Notes: generated by a model from the letters alone, not told the origin. A stretch of 64,000 nt of DNA from Vicinamibacteria bacterium (GCA_963668695.2 CAXXLQ010000004.1:288001-352000), one strand, 5' to 3'. Shown: positions 30,101 through 40,348, counted from the first letter of the stretch. Numbers and translations are program-made.

Positions 30101-30307
30101 GTTTTCGATGGGCCTGGTGATCAGGTTTTCGATCTCGCTGGGCGCGGCGCCCTCGTACTCGGTGCGGACGTTCAGCGACGGGTAGGTAATGTCCGGCAGC
30201 AGATCCACGGACAGGCGGTCGAAACCGACCACCCCGAACACCACGATGGCGATGAACAGCACCACGACGGTGACGGGCCGCCGGATGGAAAAGTCGACGA
30301 TGCGCAT
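27149..30307 (-). CDS. RND efflux permease (AcrB/MdtB-like), in frame with the upstream adaptor
   Basis: MRIVDFSIRRPV, GLLVDNSIVVLE, ASQFESLLHPF, RLRPILMTT. Confidence 0.93.
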   Translation of the reverse strand: MRIVDFSIRRPVTVVVLFIAIVVFGVVGFDRLSVDLLPDITYPSLNVRTEYEGAAPSEIENLITRPIENAVGVVNNVNRVVSSSRPDVSEVTLEFGWGTDMDMAALDVRERLDVVRLPLDAPRPTLLRFDPSLDPILRFGLTGSEDLVRLRLIAEQEIQRNLERVEGVAAVLVSGGLEEEIHVEIDERKVASLGLSIPAVVNRLAQENVNLTAGRLLDGGTEYLVRTINEFERPEDMRDIVVDAERTVIRLDDIATISRGAKEREVITRIDGLESIEIAVYKEGGTNTVTVADDVMARVEELQERLGRVGEDLALTLVTDQARYIRQSVSEVLQTAVFGGILAILVLILFLGELRSTAIIGISIPISVIGTFFLMYVSGVSLNIMSLGGITLGIGLLVDNSIVVLEAIKRKRHEGLGLVEASRAGTGEVGQAVIASTMTTVCVFVPIVFVEGIAGQLFGDQALTVTFSLAVSLLVALTLIPMLASREFRPAPATEAAIFRTAAGRLFGRVVSAVSRGVMWVVFGIFKGVDLVIKGILWLPSRLFQLAYNGVVRAYPPVLNGALNHPFRVGTPAIVLFAGALYVVPSLGTELVPELVQGEFFVDTELPAGTHLDLNSRRLMHLEQAAREIPGVRTVYATVGTSSQQGGAAGELRENIGQITVVLDPPVDRDREEAAIAELRPQLEADPDLLYIFGRPSYFSFRTPVELEIRGFNLTQLERTADEAVAGLRQIPGLVDVKSSTEGGNPELQIRFHRDRVASLGYNVNQLGNLIRTKVLGDVATDIQRDDRSIDIRLRSDESFRDSIEDLRNLNISDDAAATIPLSSVADVDEVIGPAEIRRADGERVATITANILGRDLGSVATDIEALMAGIGMPASFSWRLGGQQEEMETSFASMQFAILLAVFMVYLVMASQFESLLHPFVILFSVPFSLVGVIFALKLFSVTVSVVVLIGVIMLAGIVVNNAILLLDTTNRLRRGGMAKLDALREAGKVRLRPILMTTSTTVLGLLPMAIGLGEGSELRTPMAIAVIGGLVLSTALTLLVIPAVYRVIGR

Positions 30308-32332
30308 CGGTCGGGGCTGTCCGTGAGGAGGTGCGGCTGGGCTAGCGCGGACGGCGGCGGCGGCGCGCCGGGCGATGATCTCCTCGATCTGTTCTTCCGT
30401 CATTCCCCGGCTACGGAGTTGTTCGCGCAAAGCTTCAAGCTGCTCGGGTGTTGGTTCGGCGTCCCGGGACGCTCCCTCAGCTGAGGGCAACCCCCAACCG
30501 CGGCGGACCCGCTCCTCGATCTGCTCGTCGGTCAAACCCATGGAGCGCAGGCGAGCGCGAATCGCTTCCTGGGTTTCGGGCGGGAGGCTCTCGAAGGAAT
30601 CCGGTGCAGTGCCTTCTCCCGGCCCGGCGGCCGTCGCGGTCCCGGCGCGCCCGGCCCGTGAACCGGCAGCACGACCCGTCCGCCGCGGTGAGGTGGACGC
30701 CGCGCCCGATCCTGGCGATCCCGGCGGTCCTGGCAGTCCTGGCGGTTCCGCCGCAGTCACCGGCGCGGCCGCCGGAACGGGCGCCGCCGGTGCCGAGGGC
30801 TCCTCGCTGTCTGCCGGAGCGGGAGTTGCCCTCGGGGCTCGGTCCGGGGTGGTCGAACCCGGCGGTGTTGCGGGAGCTTCCCGGGACGTTCGGGCCGCCG
30901 GGGTTTGGTCCGCTACCGGCCGCTCTTCGGCCGGGGAAGCGGTAGGCGCCCCTCCGCCACGCGATTGGGCACCACGCGACGGGACGCCTCCCCCCGGAGG
31001 GCCTCCGCCCGTTTCCATGGCCGCGAGCCGGGTGTCGATTTGCTCGTCGGTCATACCGCGCTCACGCATCCGCTCGCGCATCGCAGCGCGACGCTCCTCG
31101 GACATTCCGGATCCACCCGGCGGGCTCGCGGCGTCCGCCGTGCGGCTCCTGGGCTCCTCCGCCCCCGGGCCGACGAGGATCTGAACCGGAGTGGCATCGG
31201 TCAAACCGTCCTGGCCGACCACGATCACCCGGTCGTTCGCGCTGAGCCCGGCGGTCACCTCAACCCGATCATCCTCTTCATAGCCGAGGGTCACGTTGCG
31301 GCGGTAGGCAACCCCATCCTCCACGACGAAGACCGAGTCGGCGAGGCTCTCCAGGGAGAGGGCGCGTTTGGGCATGATCAGCGCGTTCTGGCGCACGTCG
31401 GTCACGAGCCGCACTCCGGCGAACATCCCGGGGCTGAGCCGTCCGCGCCGGTCCACTTCCAGGGTCACCCGGATCGTCCCGGTCGCGGAGTCCACCACCG
31501 GGCTGATTCGCAGCACCCGGCCCCGGAACAGCTCGCCCGGAAAAGCTTCCACTTCCAGAATCGCCGGCTGGCCGATCGAGAGCCGGGTCAGGTCCCGCTC
31601 GGGCACTCCGATGGTGCAGAGGAGTGGATCGAAGTCGGAGATGCGGAAGAGTTGCTGCCCCACCGCCACTGTTTCCCCAAACTTCACGGCGCGCTGGATG
31701 ATCAGCCCGTCGAAGGGCGCCGCGATTTGGGTATAACTCAGCTGGATCTCGTTTCCGACCAACTGCGCCCGCGCCGATTCCAGACCAGAGCGCGCGCTGT
31801 CGTACACCTCCTGGCTCACGACCGCATTCTCGAGCGACGCCTTCGCCCGGTTGTGGACAAGTTCCGCGTCCTGCAGCGCTACCTTGGCGATCTCCACCTG
31901 CGCGCGCGCCTCAGCTTCATCAATCTGGGCAAGCAACTCGCCCGCCTTCACCTGCATTCCCTCTTCGGTATTGAGAGCCACCAGCGGGCCGCCGGCGCGG
32001 GCCACGATGTCCACCTCGCGTTCCGCTTCCAGGGTGCCGTTCGTCTCGATGAACGCCGAGATCTCGCCGGGCAGGATTTCGACGACTTCGACGGGTACTT
32101 CCGTGCCCGCACTCTCTCCCCCGCCGAATCCGCCCGGTGGACCACCTCCCGGCCTGCCGCCGCCGCCCCCGCCGGAACGGCCCGGGGCAGCCCCTTCCTC
32201 TTCGGAGGATCCGCACGCCAAGGCGCCGGCCAAACCGACCAGGATCAGCGCCTGGAGAAGCTTTCGTCCGGGGATTTTCCAGCCCCGCGGCGAGCGTGTC
32301 GTTGTCTTTGTCTGGGGCACGAATTCCCTCAC
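30308..32332 (-). CDS. RND periplasmic adaptor (MFP) lipoprotein with long low-complexity tail and no in-frame stop before the permease
   Basis: LAGALAC lipobox, GELLAQID, IAAPFDG, LSPGMFA. Confidence 0.88.
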
Positions 32333-35300
32333 TGCGTGACTGGGTTCAGAGCCGGCGCACCGGTCGCTGCGGGCTCAATCGCCGCACGGACCTCCGGGGC
32401 GGTGGTGTAGGGCCAGACCAGCCGCTTGAGGTCGTCGGTCACGGCATAGATCGTGGGAACGAGAAGCAGGGTGAGCAGGGTGGAGGCAGGCAGTCCTCCG
32501 GCCAGCACGAGGCCGATCGGCGCCCATTGTCCGGCGCGCCCATCCACCGACCCGAAGAGCCCCGGCAGGAAGTAGGGCGCCGCGAGCGGCATCAGGCCGC
32601 AGAAGGTAGTCAGGGCGGTCATCATGACCGGCCGTAGCCGGTGCTCGCTCCCAAGAACGAGCGCCTCGTCCCGGGACATGCCCTCGCGGCGGAGGGTGTT
32701 GACGTGCGCGATCAACACGATGGCGTTGTTCACGACGATCCCGGCGAGCAGTACCAGACCCAGCATCGCGGTGTTGCCGAGCGTCTGTCCGGTGAGCTTG
32801 AGCGTTACCGCCACTCCGATGAAAGAGAACGGGATCGAGAACATGATCACCGCCGGATGGAGGAAGCTCTCGAAAAGCGCCACCATGATCAGGTAGATCA
32901 GGAGAAGTGCGAAGGCGAAGGCGAACCCCGCGGCGGAGAAATCCGCCTGGCCCATGCGGCTCCACCGGTCGAAGCTCCACTCGTAACCCGGCGGTAGCGC
33001 GATGTCGGCGAGCTGTTCCCGCACCTGCCCCATGAGCCGGAAAGAAGCTCCCGGAACCGTGGTGTTGGCGCTGATGGTCAGCTTGGGACGGCGATCTTCG
33101 CGCTCGATGCTGCGCGGCCCGCTCACCACCTCGAAGTCGGCCATCGCCCCCACGGGCACCCGGGCGCCGGCCACGAAGACCGGCATGCTGCGGAGGTGAT
33201 CAAGCCGCTCGCGCTGTTCCTCGGGGAACTGAACCACGATGTCCACTTCCCGTTGGTCGCTCTCGATGGTCCCCACCGGTCGCGAAGTCAATGCACTGCG
33301 AACGGTCTGGGCCACCGCATTGGTCCCGGAACCGGAAGCGAGCGCCCGTTCCGCGTGCGGGGTGATATGGAGCTCTTCGGTTCCGCTCTCGAGCGAAGTG
33401 TCCACATCCCGGATCCAGGGAAGCGACGCGAGCCGTTCAACCACGCGGCCCGAAATCAGTTCGAGCACGTCCATGTCGTCGCCCTTCAGGTCCAGCCGGA
33501 TTCCGCTGCCCCCACCGGGACCGTGCCCCCGGCTCTCGGCGATCCGGAAGTCAACCCCGGCGACCGTCGGGAGCATCTCCCGGATCTCGTCCGTAATCTC
33601 CTGGACGCTCCGCTCGGACTCCATTTCATCCACCAGGTAGAGCTCGAACCGACGGCCGCCGCCGCCGTAGCCGCCCCGCGACCGTCCGCCGCCGCGGCGG
33701 AACTCGTAAACCACGTCGGTGATCTCGAGTTCATCGCGCCGCTCTTCGATAAGCGCCGCTACCGACTCCATCACCTCGCGGGTTTCGTCAATCGAGTAGG
33801 CCCGGGGCACATCCACGTTGACGGTCACCTGTCGTTCCACCGTCGAACTGAAGCTGGACCGCTCGGTGTTCTGGTAGAGGATCCAGGCCAGTCCCAACAG
33901 ACCGATCGCGACGCCGAGCGAAACGAACCGATGCTGGAGCGTGCGCCGGACGATCCTTCCGTGGAGACGGCCGAGGAGGCGCATCGTCCGGGAATAGACA
34001 CGCCGCTCGTTGCGGAGGACAACGCCCGCCATCATGGGCACGACCGTGAGCGCCACGAGCAGGGAAGCCACGATCACCACGCTCAGGGTGAACCCGAAGT
34101 CGGTGAAGATGCGGAAGAAGCCCCCCATCGTCGCCCCGAGGAAAACGAGCGGAAGGAACACGCACATGGTGGTCGCCGCACCGGCGACGATCGGCATGGT
34201 CACGGCGGAGACGCCGCGGATCGCCGCCGTGCGGGAGTCTTCCTGGTATTCGGTGAAGTGGCGCGAGATCGAGTCGATGACCACGATCGCGGGATCGGCG
34301 AGCATGCCGACGGCCACCATCAACCCGAAGAGGCTGATCACGTTCAGGGTGGTGTCGACGAGGCCCGTCTGCCGGCCCAGGTACATGATCACGAACGTGG
34401 TGATGATCGAGAGCGGGATCGCCACCGCGACCAGCAGGGTGGTCCGGACCTTCTGCAGGAACAGGAGCAGGATGAGGATGGCGAGCCCTCCGCCAAAGAG
34501 CCCGGCAAGGGCGAGCTGCGACAGCCCCCCGCGAACGTCGACCGAAGAGTCATGGATGTACCGGACGTCGATATCCTCGTACCGGGATATCGACGCGATC
34601 TCCGCCATCTCCGCCTTGACGCCGTCGGCGACATCGAGCACGTTGGCGTTGGACGCCTTGTAGACGCGGAAGGTGACCGCTTCTTCGCCGTTCAGATAGT
34701 CGAACGAAGTCTGGGTGGGGAACTCATAGGTGACGTCGGCGACGTCGCTCAGCCGCAGTCCGCTATCGCCGATCGGGGTTTCGCGGATCTCCTCCGGGCG
34801 GCGGAACTCTCCGACCGTCCTGACGATGAACTTTCGGGATCCGTCGATGATGGTGCCGCCGGAAACATTGACGTTGTTCTGGGACAGAACCGTCGAAATA
34901 TCCCGGACATCCACGTTCAGCGCCGCCATCCGCCGCTGATCCATGCTCACCCGCAATTCCCGTCGGCGGACGCCCCGGACGTCCACGCTGGCCACGCCTT
35001 CAAGGCGCTCGAGCCGGGGCTGCACGAAGTCTTCGGCGAAGTCGAAGAGGCGTTCCCGTTCCCAGGGAGCCCCCAGGTGGAACTGGAGGATGGGGATGTC
35101 GCTGCTCTGGAAGCGCCGGATGTTGATGCGTTCGATGTCGTCGGGAAGGAGATGGCGGACCCGGTCCACCCGGTCGCGGGCCTCCACGACCATCAGATCC
35201 ATGTCCGCCGCTTCGTTGAACTCGATACTCACGTTGCCGCTGTTGGCGTTCGCGGTGGCGGTGAGGACGGTGATGCCCGGGATGGTCCCGAGACTCTCCT

Positions 35301-35562
35301 CAAGCGGCCGAACCACCAGCCGCTCCGTTTCCTCGGGGGAGGAGGACTCGTAATCGACACTCACCCAGAGGCTGTTGGCCCCGAACGAGGGGAGGAATTC
35401 GAGGGGGAGCCGGGTGAGCGAGACGTATCCGAGCACGATCAGCCCCACGGCGATCATGCTGATCGTGACCCGGCGATCCACGGCGAAGCGCGCCAGCGCG
35501 TTGCCGCGTTCCTTGACCTCTTCCTGACTGTGTGAGTGTCGGTGCTGGTCCGGCGCGCTCAT
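32329..35562 (-). CDS. RND efflux permease (second subunit)
   Basis: GMLADPAIVVID, LFESFLHP, GIVVNNAIVL, RLRPVMMT. Confidence 0.93.
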   Translation of the reverse strand: MSAPDQHRHSHSQEEVKERGNALARFAVDRRVTISMIAVGLIVLGYVSLTRLPLEFLPSFGANSLWVSVDYESSSPEETERLVVRPLEESLGTIPGITVLTATANANSGNVSIEFNEAADMDLMVVEARDRVDRVRHLLPDDIERINIRRFQSSDIPILQFHLGAPWERERLFDFAEDFVQPRLERLEGVASVDVRGVRRRELRVSMDQRRMAALNVDVRDISTVLSQNNVNVSGGTIIDGSRKFIVRTVGEFRRPEEIRETPIGDSGLRLSDVADVTYEFPTQTSFDYLNGEEAVTFRVYKASNANVLDVADGVKAEMAEIASISRYEDIDVRYIHDSSVDVRGGLSQLALAGLFGGGLAILILLLFLQKVRTTLLVAVAIPLSIITTFVIMYLGRQTGLVDTTLNVISLFGLMVAVGMLADPAIVVIDSISRHFTEYQEDSRTAAIRGVSAVTMPIVAGAATTMCVFLPLVFLGATMGGFFRIFTDFGFTLSVVIVASLLVALTVVPMMAGVVLRNERRVYSRTMRLLGRLHGRIVRRTLQHRFVSLGVAIGLLGLAWILYQNTERSSFSSTVERQVTVNVDVPRAYSIDETREVMESVAALIEERRDELEITDVVYEFRRGGGRSRGGYGGGGRRFELYLVDEMESERSVQEITDEIREMLPTVAGVDFRIAESRGHGPGGGSGIRLDLKGDDMDVLELISGRVVERLASLPWIRDVDTSLESGTEELHITPHAERALASGSGTNAVAQTVRSALTSRPVGTIESDQREVDIVVQFPEEQRERLDHLRSMPVFVAGARVPVGAMADFEVVSGPRSIEREDRRPKLTISANTTVPGASFRLMGQVREQLADIALPPGYEWSFDRWSRMGQADFSAAGFAFAFALLLIYLIMVALFESFLHPAVIMFSIPFSFIGVAVTLKLTGQTLGNTAMLGLVLLAGIVVNNAIVLIAHVNTLRREGMSRDEALVLGSEHRLRPVMMTALTTFCGLMPLAAPYFLPGLFGSVDGRAGQWAPIGLVLAGGLPASTLLTLLLVPTIYAVTDDLKRLVWPYTTAPEVRAAIEPAATGAPALNPVTQ

Positions 35563-35593
35563 CTTCTTTCTCCCGTCATCGTGCTCTCTCCCG

Positions 35594-36157
35594 TCATCGT
35601 GCTCTCCCTCCGGGGGTCGCCCCTTCCGCGGAATCCTCTACGGAATCGGGGGACCCGTCGTTTCGTCCTCGCTCGCGCATCCAGGCGTCGAAGGTCTGAC
35701 GCTGCGACTCATTGAGGATCTCGCGGATCTGCTCGCGGAACCGCAGCCGCAGTTCGCGGTAGCGAGCGTAGGTGTCATCCCAAAATTCACTGGCTTCGGC
35801 GCGGTTCAACTCGATGAAGGCTTCCATCCGCGCCTGTTGGTCCTCGTCGAGACCGAGGCGGCGGGCGAGTTGTTCGCGGAACCGGCGACTTCGCTCCTCG
35901 CCTTCCCGAGCCTCGCGGCTGCGGGAACGGCCTCGTTCGGCCCCCTCGCCGGCGCGCCGCCCCGACCGGGAGTCGGAGTCGTTCAAATGGCCCATGCGAT
36001 GCTCGCCGCCCGCGCCCCGATGCCTTCTGACGGACGGCGCGAGGTGGCTCGCCAGCACTCCGGCGCCGAAGCCGACAAGCACCAGGAGCAGCGGCATCAA
36101 CCGCTTCCAGCGTCGGTTCGCCGACTCGGACGGCGGGGTCAGGTTCGCTTCGGGCAT
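35594..36157 (-). CDS. Periplasmic helical protein (Spy/CpxP/heavy-metal-sensor-like)
   Basis: N-terminal transmembrane segment, with LGLDEDQ and ILNESQ (LTxxQ-like) motifs. Confidence 0.65.
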   Translation of the reverse strand: MPEANLTPPSESANRRWKRLMPLLLVLVGFGAGVLASHLAPSVRRHRGAGGEHRMGHLNDSDSRSGRRAGEGAERGRSRSREAREGEERSRRFREQLARRLGLDEDQQARMEAFIELNRAEASEFWDDTYARYRELRLRFREQIREILNESQRQTFDAWMRERGRNDGSPDSVEDSAEGATPGGRAR

Positions 36158-36687
36158 CAGCGTTCCCCGGACGGCGAAAAACCGGCCCCAAGCACAATCA
36201 GGAGTACCGGCTCGTCAGTCGGACCTGCCACGGCCAGGGATTCGAAAACCGGGGATCCGAAATCCGGGGATCCGAAATCCGGCGCGGCCAGGATCTGGCC
36301 CTCGAAGTCGAGCAAATCCAGCTCCTCGGCTTCCGCAGTGGCGTTCGCGGGCGTGTCCACTGCCTGCCATTCGGCCTGCCAGACGCTGAGACCGGCGGCA
36401 ATCAACATTCCGGCGGCCACCCCGGTCAGCCGGTATCCCAACTGCCTCCAGGTCCATTGCCGGATCGGTGACAGATCATCACGCCGCTGACGATGCCGAA
36501 CGAGGAATCCGGGATCGGCCTCGCAGCGGACCTGGAGGACTGCGGAAACCTGCTGGAGACGGTGGTACTCCTGCCTGAGCCCCGGGCGGAGCCCCGGATC
36601 GGTGTCGAGGCGCTCCTCGACTCGCCGGGCCACGGCCGGCGGGAGCTCGCCGTCCAGATACGCCGAGAGAACTTCTTGATCGGTCAT
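36157..36687 (-). CDS. Membrane anti-sigma factor
   Basis: LSAYLDGEL...VEERL, one transmembrane helix, downstream of the ECF sigma gene. Confidence 0.8.
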   Translation of the reverse strand: MTDQEVLSAYLDGELPPAVARRVEERLDTDPGLRPGLRQEYHRLQQVSAVLQVRCEADPGFLVRHRQRRDDLSPIRQWTWRQLGYRLTGVAAGMLIAAGLSVWQAEWQAVDTPANATAEAEELDLLDFEGQILAAPDFGSPDFGSPVFESLAVAGPTDEPVLLIVLGAGFSPSGER

Positions 36688-36731
36688 TTCGTTCGGCTCC
36701 GCGGTTCAACCCCTCGGATCAAGCCCTCGGT

Positions 36732-37376
36732 TCAAGCCCTCGGACGAAGGGCGTCGGCCAGGCGCTGGCGCGCCCGATGAATCCGGGACTGTACGGTCCC
36801 GAGCGGAACGCCGCACGACTCGGAGATTTCCCGGTAGGTCATTCCTGCTACTTCCTTCAGCACCAGCGCCTCGCGCTCGTCTGCGGGCAGCGTCCGAAGC
36901 GCTGACTCCACCTCCGTGCGGCGGTGCAGTTCTTCCTCCGGATCAACGCTTCCGGCTTCCGCCTGCACATCTCCGGGCTGCTTCGCCACTTCGATGAGTC
37001 GCCGCTGCCTGCCGGCCCGCCGGAGCGCGTCGTGGGCCGAACGGACCGCGATCCGGCACAGCCAGGCGCCCACCGGCCCCTCTCCCCGATAGCTGGAAGC
37101 GCGCCTGAAGGCCCGGAGAAAGGCCTCCTGGGCCGCGTCTTCGGCCTCGGCCCGATCCCGGAGGATGGCGAGGGCCACCGAACGAACTCGACTCTCGGTG
37201 CGGCGAACGAGTTCGTCGAAGGCGGACAGGTCTCCCGCCTCCCGAAACCTTTGAAACAGGCGGCGCTCCTCTGCATCCTCCAGGGCTCGTTCCTCCCGAA
37301 GTGGATCAACCGGCGCATCCTTCGACTCCTCGGAAGAAAGACGCACTGGACCTGCCCGTTTGTTCGCGTCGCGCAA
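36732..37376 (-). CDS. ECF sigma-70 factor
   Basis: AFDELV, AEDAAQEAFLRA, WLCRIA, YREIS..GVPLGTVQSRIHRAR. Confidence 0.93.
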   Translation of the reverse strand: MRDANKRAGPVRLSSEESKDAPVDPLREERALEDAEERRLFQRFREAGDLSAFDELVRRTESRVRSVALAILRDRAEAEDAAQEAFLRAFRRASSYRGEGPVGAWLCRIAVRSAHDALRRAGRQRRLIEVAKQPGDVQAEAGSVDPEEELHRRTEVESALRTLPADEREALVLKEVAGMTYREISESCGVPLGTVQSRIHRARQRLADALRPRA

Positions 37377-37394
37377 CAGTGGGCGGCAGCCTAG

Positions 37395-37609
37395 CAGCCT
37401 GTGAACAAAGTCACGCGGCGTTCGACCGGCGATCCATCCCGGCTGAACCGCCCCCCCACCGGGAGAACTGGCGCTTCGCCTCGCTCATCGTTGCGCTTCG
37501 GTCGAAATACACTCGGGCCAGTTCTCCCGGTGGGGGCTCCTCCCTCGCGCGCCTTGTCAGCCGGGCGCCTCGCCACTCTCGGCGCTCACGCCACTTTATC
37601 CACAGGCTG
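37395..37609. mobile_element. Family A MITE with two 19-bp motifs
   Basis: CTAG duplication at 37391-37394 and 37610-37613. Confidence 0.92.
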
Positions 37610-37660
37610 CTAGTGCTCCGGTGGACGCCGTGGCCGGGTCCGAACCGCATAATGCGCCGC

Positions 37661-38794
37661 ATGGACGACAAGAAGAATTACCGGATCGAGACCCGGAGCG
37701 TGCACGCCGGCTCCTCCGAGAACCTGGCGGGGGCCGTGGCGCCGCCGATCCACCTCTCGACCACGTTCCGGCGAGATCCCGAGGGGAACCTCGCTTCGGA
37801 CTTCATCTACGGACGCAGCGGCAATCCGGATCGGACGGCGCTCGAGCAGGCGGTCGCCGACCTGGAGGGAGGCGCGGAGTGCGTGAGCTTTGCCTCGGGA
37901 CTCGCCGCCGTTCATTCGCTTCTCCTGACCCTCTCGCCCGGAGATCTCGTCCTGGCGCCGCAGGACGCCTATCACGGGACCGTGCGCCTCGCGAAGGAGT
38001 CTCTCGCTCGCTGGGGGCTCCGGACCCGCTTCACCGATTTCCTGGACCCGGAGGACGTAACCGCCGGCCTTGACGAACGGCCCGCGCTCGCCATCCTGGA
38101 GACCCCCTCGAACCCCACCCTGCGAATCACCGACATCGCGGCCGTCGCCGCCCGCTGCCGCGCCGTGGGAGCGCTGGTCGCCGTGGACAACACCTGGATG
38201 ACACCGGTTCTTCAGCGGCCACTGGCTCTCGGCGCGGACATCGTGATCCACGCCACCACGAAGTACTTCGGCGGGCACAGCGACGTAACCGGCGGAGCGG
38301 TCGTGCTGCGGGAAGGTCTCGAACTCGCCTCACGGCTGCGTTTCGTGCAAACCGAGACCGGCCCGGTGCCATCTCCGTTCGACGCCTGGCTGCTCCGCCG
38401 AGGGATGAGAACCCTGCCCGTCCGGATCCGGGCCCAGTCGGAGACGGCGGGAAAGCTCGCGGAGTTCCTGAGCGGCCATCCCCGCGTGGCGGCGACTTTC
38501 TATCCGGGGCTCGCTTCGGATCCCGGACACGCAGTCCAGACCCGCCAGGGAGACGGTTACGGCGCCATGCTCTCCTTCCGGGCCCTCGGAGGAGAGGATC
38601 ACGCGAAGGGCGTGCTCTCGCGCATCAAACTCTTCACGCGGGCAACGAGCCTGGGCGGCGTCGAAAGCCTGGTAGAGCACCGCGCGCTCGTCGAGGGACC
38701 GGACACCAAGACCCCCCGCGATCTCATTCGGGTGTCCGTCGGATTGGAGCATCCGGCCGATCTGATCGCCGATCTGGACCAAGCCCTGGGATGA
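37661..38794 (+). CDS. Cys/Met metabolism PLP enzyme (cystathionine gamma-synthase/lyase)
   Basis: YGRSGNP, FASGLAA, ETPSNP, VDNTW, HATTKYFGGHSD, SLGGVESL. Confidence 0.93.
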   Translation: MDDKKNYRIETRSVHAGSSENLAGAVAPPIHLSTTFRRDPEGNLASDFIYGRSGNPDRTALEQAVADLEGGAECVSFASGLAAVHSLLLTLSPGDLVLAPQDAYHGTVRLAKESLARWGLRTRFTDFLDPEDVTAGLDERPALAILETPSNPTLRITDIAAVAARCRAVGALVAVDNTWMTPVLQRPLALGADIVIHATTKYFGGHSDVTGGAVVLREGLELASRLRFVQTETGPVPSPFDAWLLRRGMRTLPVRIRAQSETAGKLAEFLSGHPRVAATFYPGLASDPGHAVQTRQGDGYGAMLSFRALGGEDHAKGVLSRIKLFTRATSLGGVESLVEHRALVEGPDTKTPRDLIRVSVGLEHPADLIADLDQALG

Positions 38795-38879
38795 CGACTC
38801 TCCGCTCACCCGCCGGATAGCGCCCTATAGGGGCCTCCGGCCTCCGACCGGCCTCGTCGCGCGCGAGCGCGACGAAACG

Positions 38880-40170
38880 CGCACGGCTCTCCCTGTGGTG
38901 CGGCCCTCACGTTGGCGCAGCGCAGCGTCATCGGCACTGGTTTCGCGCTCCCGCGCGATGCCCGTCGATGACCGGCGTTCCCTTCCCGCGGGTACTTTCC
39001 CGTCCCAAAAACCAATGGCGGCGAACCCGCGAGGGTTCGCGGCCCGCCTGATCGGGGGGAAAGTGTGAAAGGGGGAACTCCCCCTTTCGCAATTAGTAAC
39101 GACCAATCGCGACTTGCCGCAGCCCGCCGGAGGCGGGCAAGGAAGTTGCGGTTGCCGGCGCGAAGCGCCGGGCGGTTCGGAAGGGGGGCGCAACCGACAG
39201 CAAACCGACTGCGCATCACTATCCGAACTGGGCGCCCCCCTTCCGGACCGCTCGACCCGAGGGTGAACCCGGCGGTCCTCTGGTTCCGTCCTACGATGTC
39301 GTAGGTGGGCGTCGCGTGCCAGGCTCGGGCTTCCCGCCCGGCGCCGATTGGCGCCGATTGCGGGAGGCGCGTCCCACCCGGCAGTGGTGACTCCCGTTCG
39401 GTTCCATAAGCCGGAGCGCAGTGGACCACTCGGGTTCATTTCGGATTGTAAACCCCCCGGCGTTCGGTAGCACAACCTTCACCAGCCTCCGGCTGGCGGT
39501 GCCGGCCCCCACCGGGAGAAACCCTCACGATCGGGTCCTCCTCCACACCCTCGCCCGTCATGAAAACGGCGCGTCCCGGGTAGCGGGAGCAGCGATCGGT
39601 CGCGCCCTCCGGGACTCAAAGGTGGTGCGGCCCTCACGTTGGCACAGCGCAGCGTCATCGGCGCTGGTTTCGCGCTCCCGCGCGATGCCGGTCGGAAACC
39701 GGCGTTCCAAGCCGTCCCCGCGCTTCTTCGCGGTCGGCGATGCGCGATCTCGCTGCGCGTCGCGCCCCCGACCCCAATCCCTCCTGCTCCGGGGTCTCCG
39801 CGCGGATCTCGCCGCACTTCGGAAGCCCGGCGCGAAGCGCTGGACGGCCCCCTCCGGGGCTCGTCCGACCTGCTTGATGGATCGCGGCTTGAGACTGCGG
39901 TGCACCAAACAAGGAAAAACTCACGGCGGCGAACCCGGAGGGTTTGACGCCAGCGTGTCCGGGGGGAAAGTGTGAAAGGGGGGCACCCCCCCCTTTCACA
40001 ATCAGTAACGACCAATCGGAACTTGCCGCAGCCCGCCGCAGGCGGGCAAGGAAGTTGCGATTGCCGGCGCGAAGCGCCGGGCGGTTCGGAAGGGGGGGCA
40101 CACCTCCCCTAACACGGATTATTCAACGCCACCCGACCGGACGCCCCCCCTTCCGAACCGCTCGACCGCC
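38880..40170. repeat. Composite repeat region: two related copies (~38890-39260, ~39620-40170) built from family B, C and D modules
   Basis: Shared GTGGTGCGGCCCTCACGTTGGC, GGGGGAAAGTGTGAAAGGGGG and GGCAAGGAAGTTGCG..GCGCGAAGCGCCGGGCGGTTCGGAAGGGGGG blocks. Confidence 0.85.
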
Positions 40171-40256
40171 TGCCGGGAGCGGGGCTCGAACCCGCACGTC
40201 CCGTGAGGGACAAGAGATTTTAAGTCTCCCGCGTCTGCCGATTTCGCCATCCCGGC
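40171..40256 (-). tRNA. tRNA-Leu(UAA)
   Basis: GCCGGGATGGCGAAATCGGCAGACGCGGGAGACTTAAAATCTC, long variable arm, GGTTCGAGCCC. CCA not encoded. Confidence 0.95.
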
Positions 40257-40348
40257 CAGCCTGTCTGGCGGCGATTCCCATCGCCGCAAAGACGGTTACA
40301 CGCACCAGACGCGCCGTCAGCGGCGCATCCGGTCAGGATAAATGGCGG

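Noticed and set aside
38821-38836. CCTATAGG as a second IS110 left end
   Set aside because: It is only a short palindrome. Downstream sequence does not match 22861 onward, and there is no motif half or right end.
38800-40170. Integrative element at tRNA-Leu
   Set aside because: No integrase, cargo genes or duplicated tRNA 3' end seen. The region holds only repeat modules.
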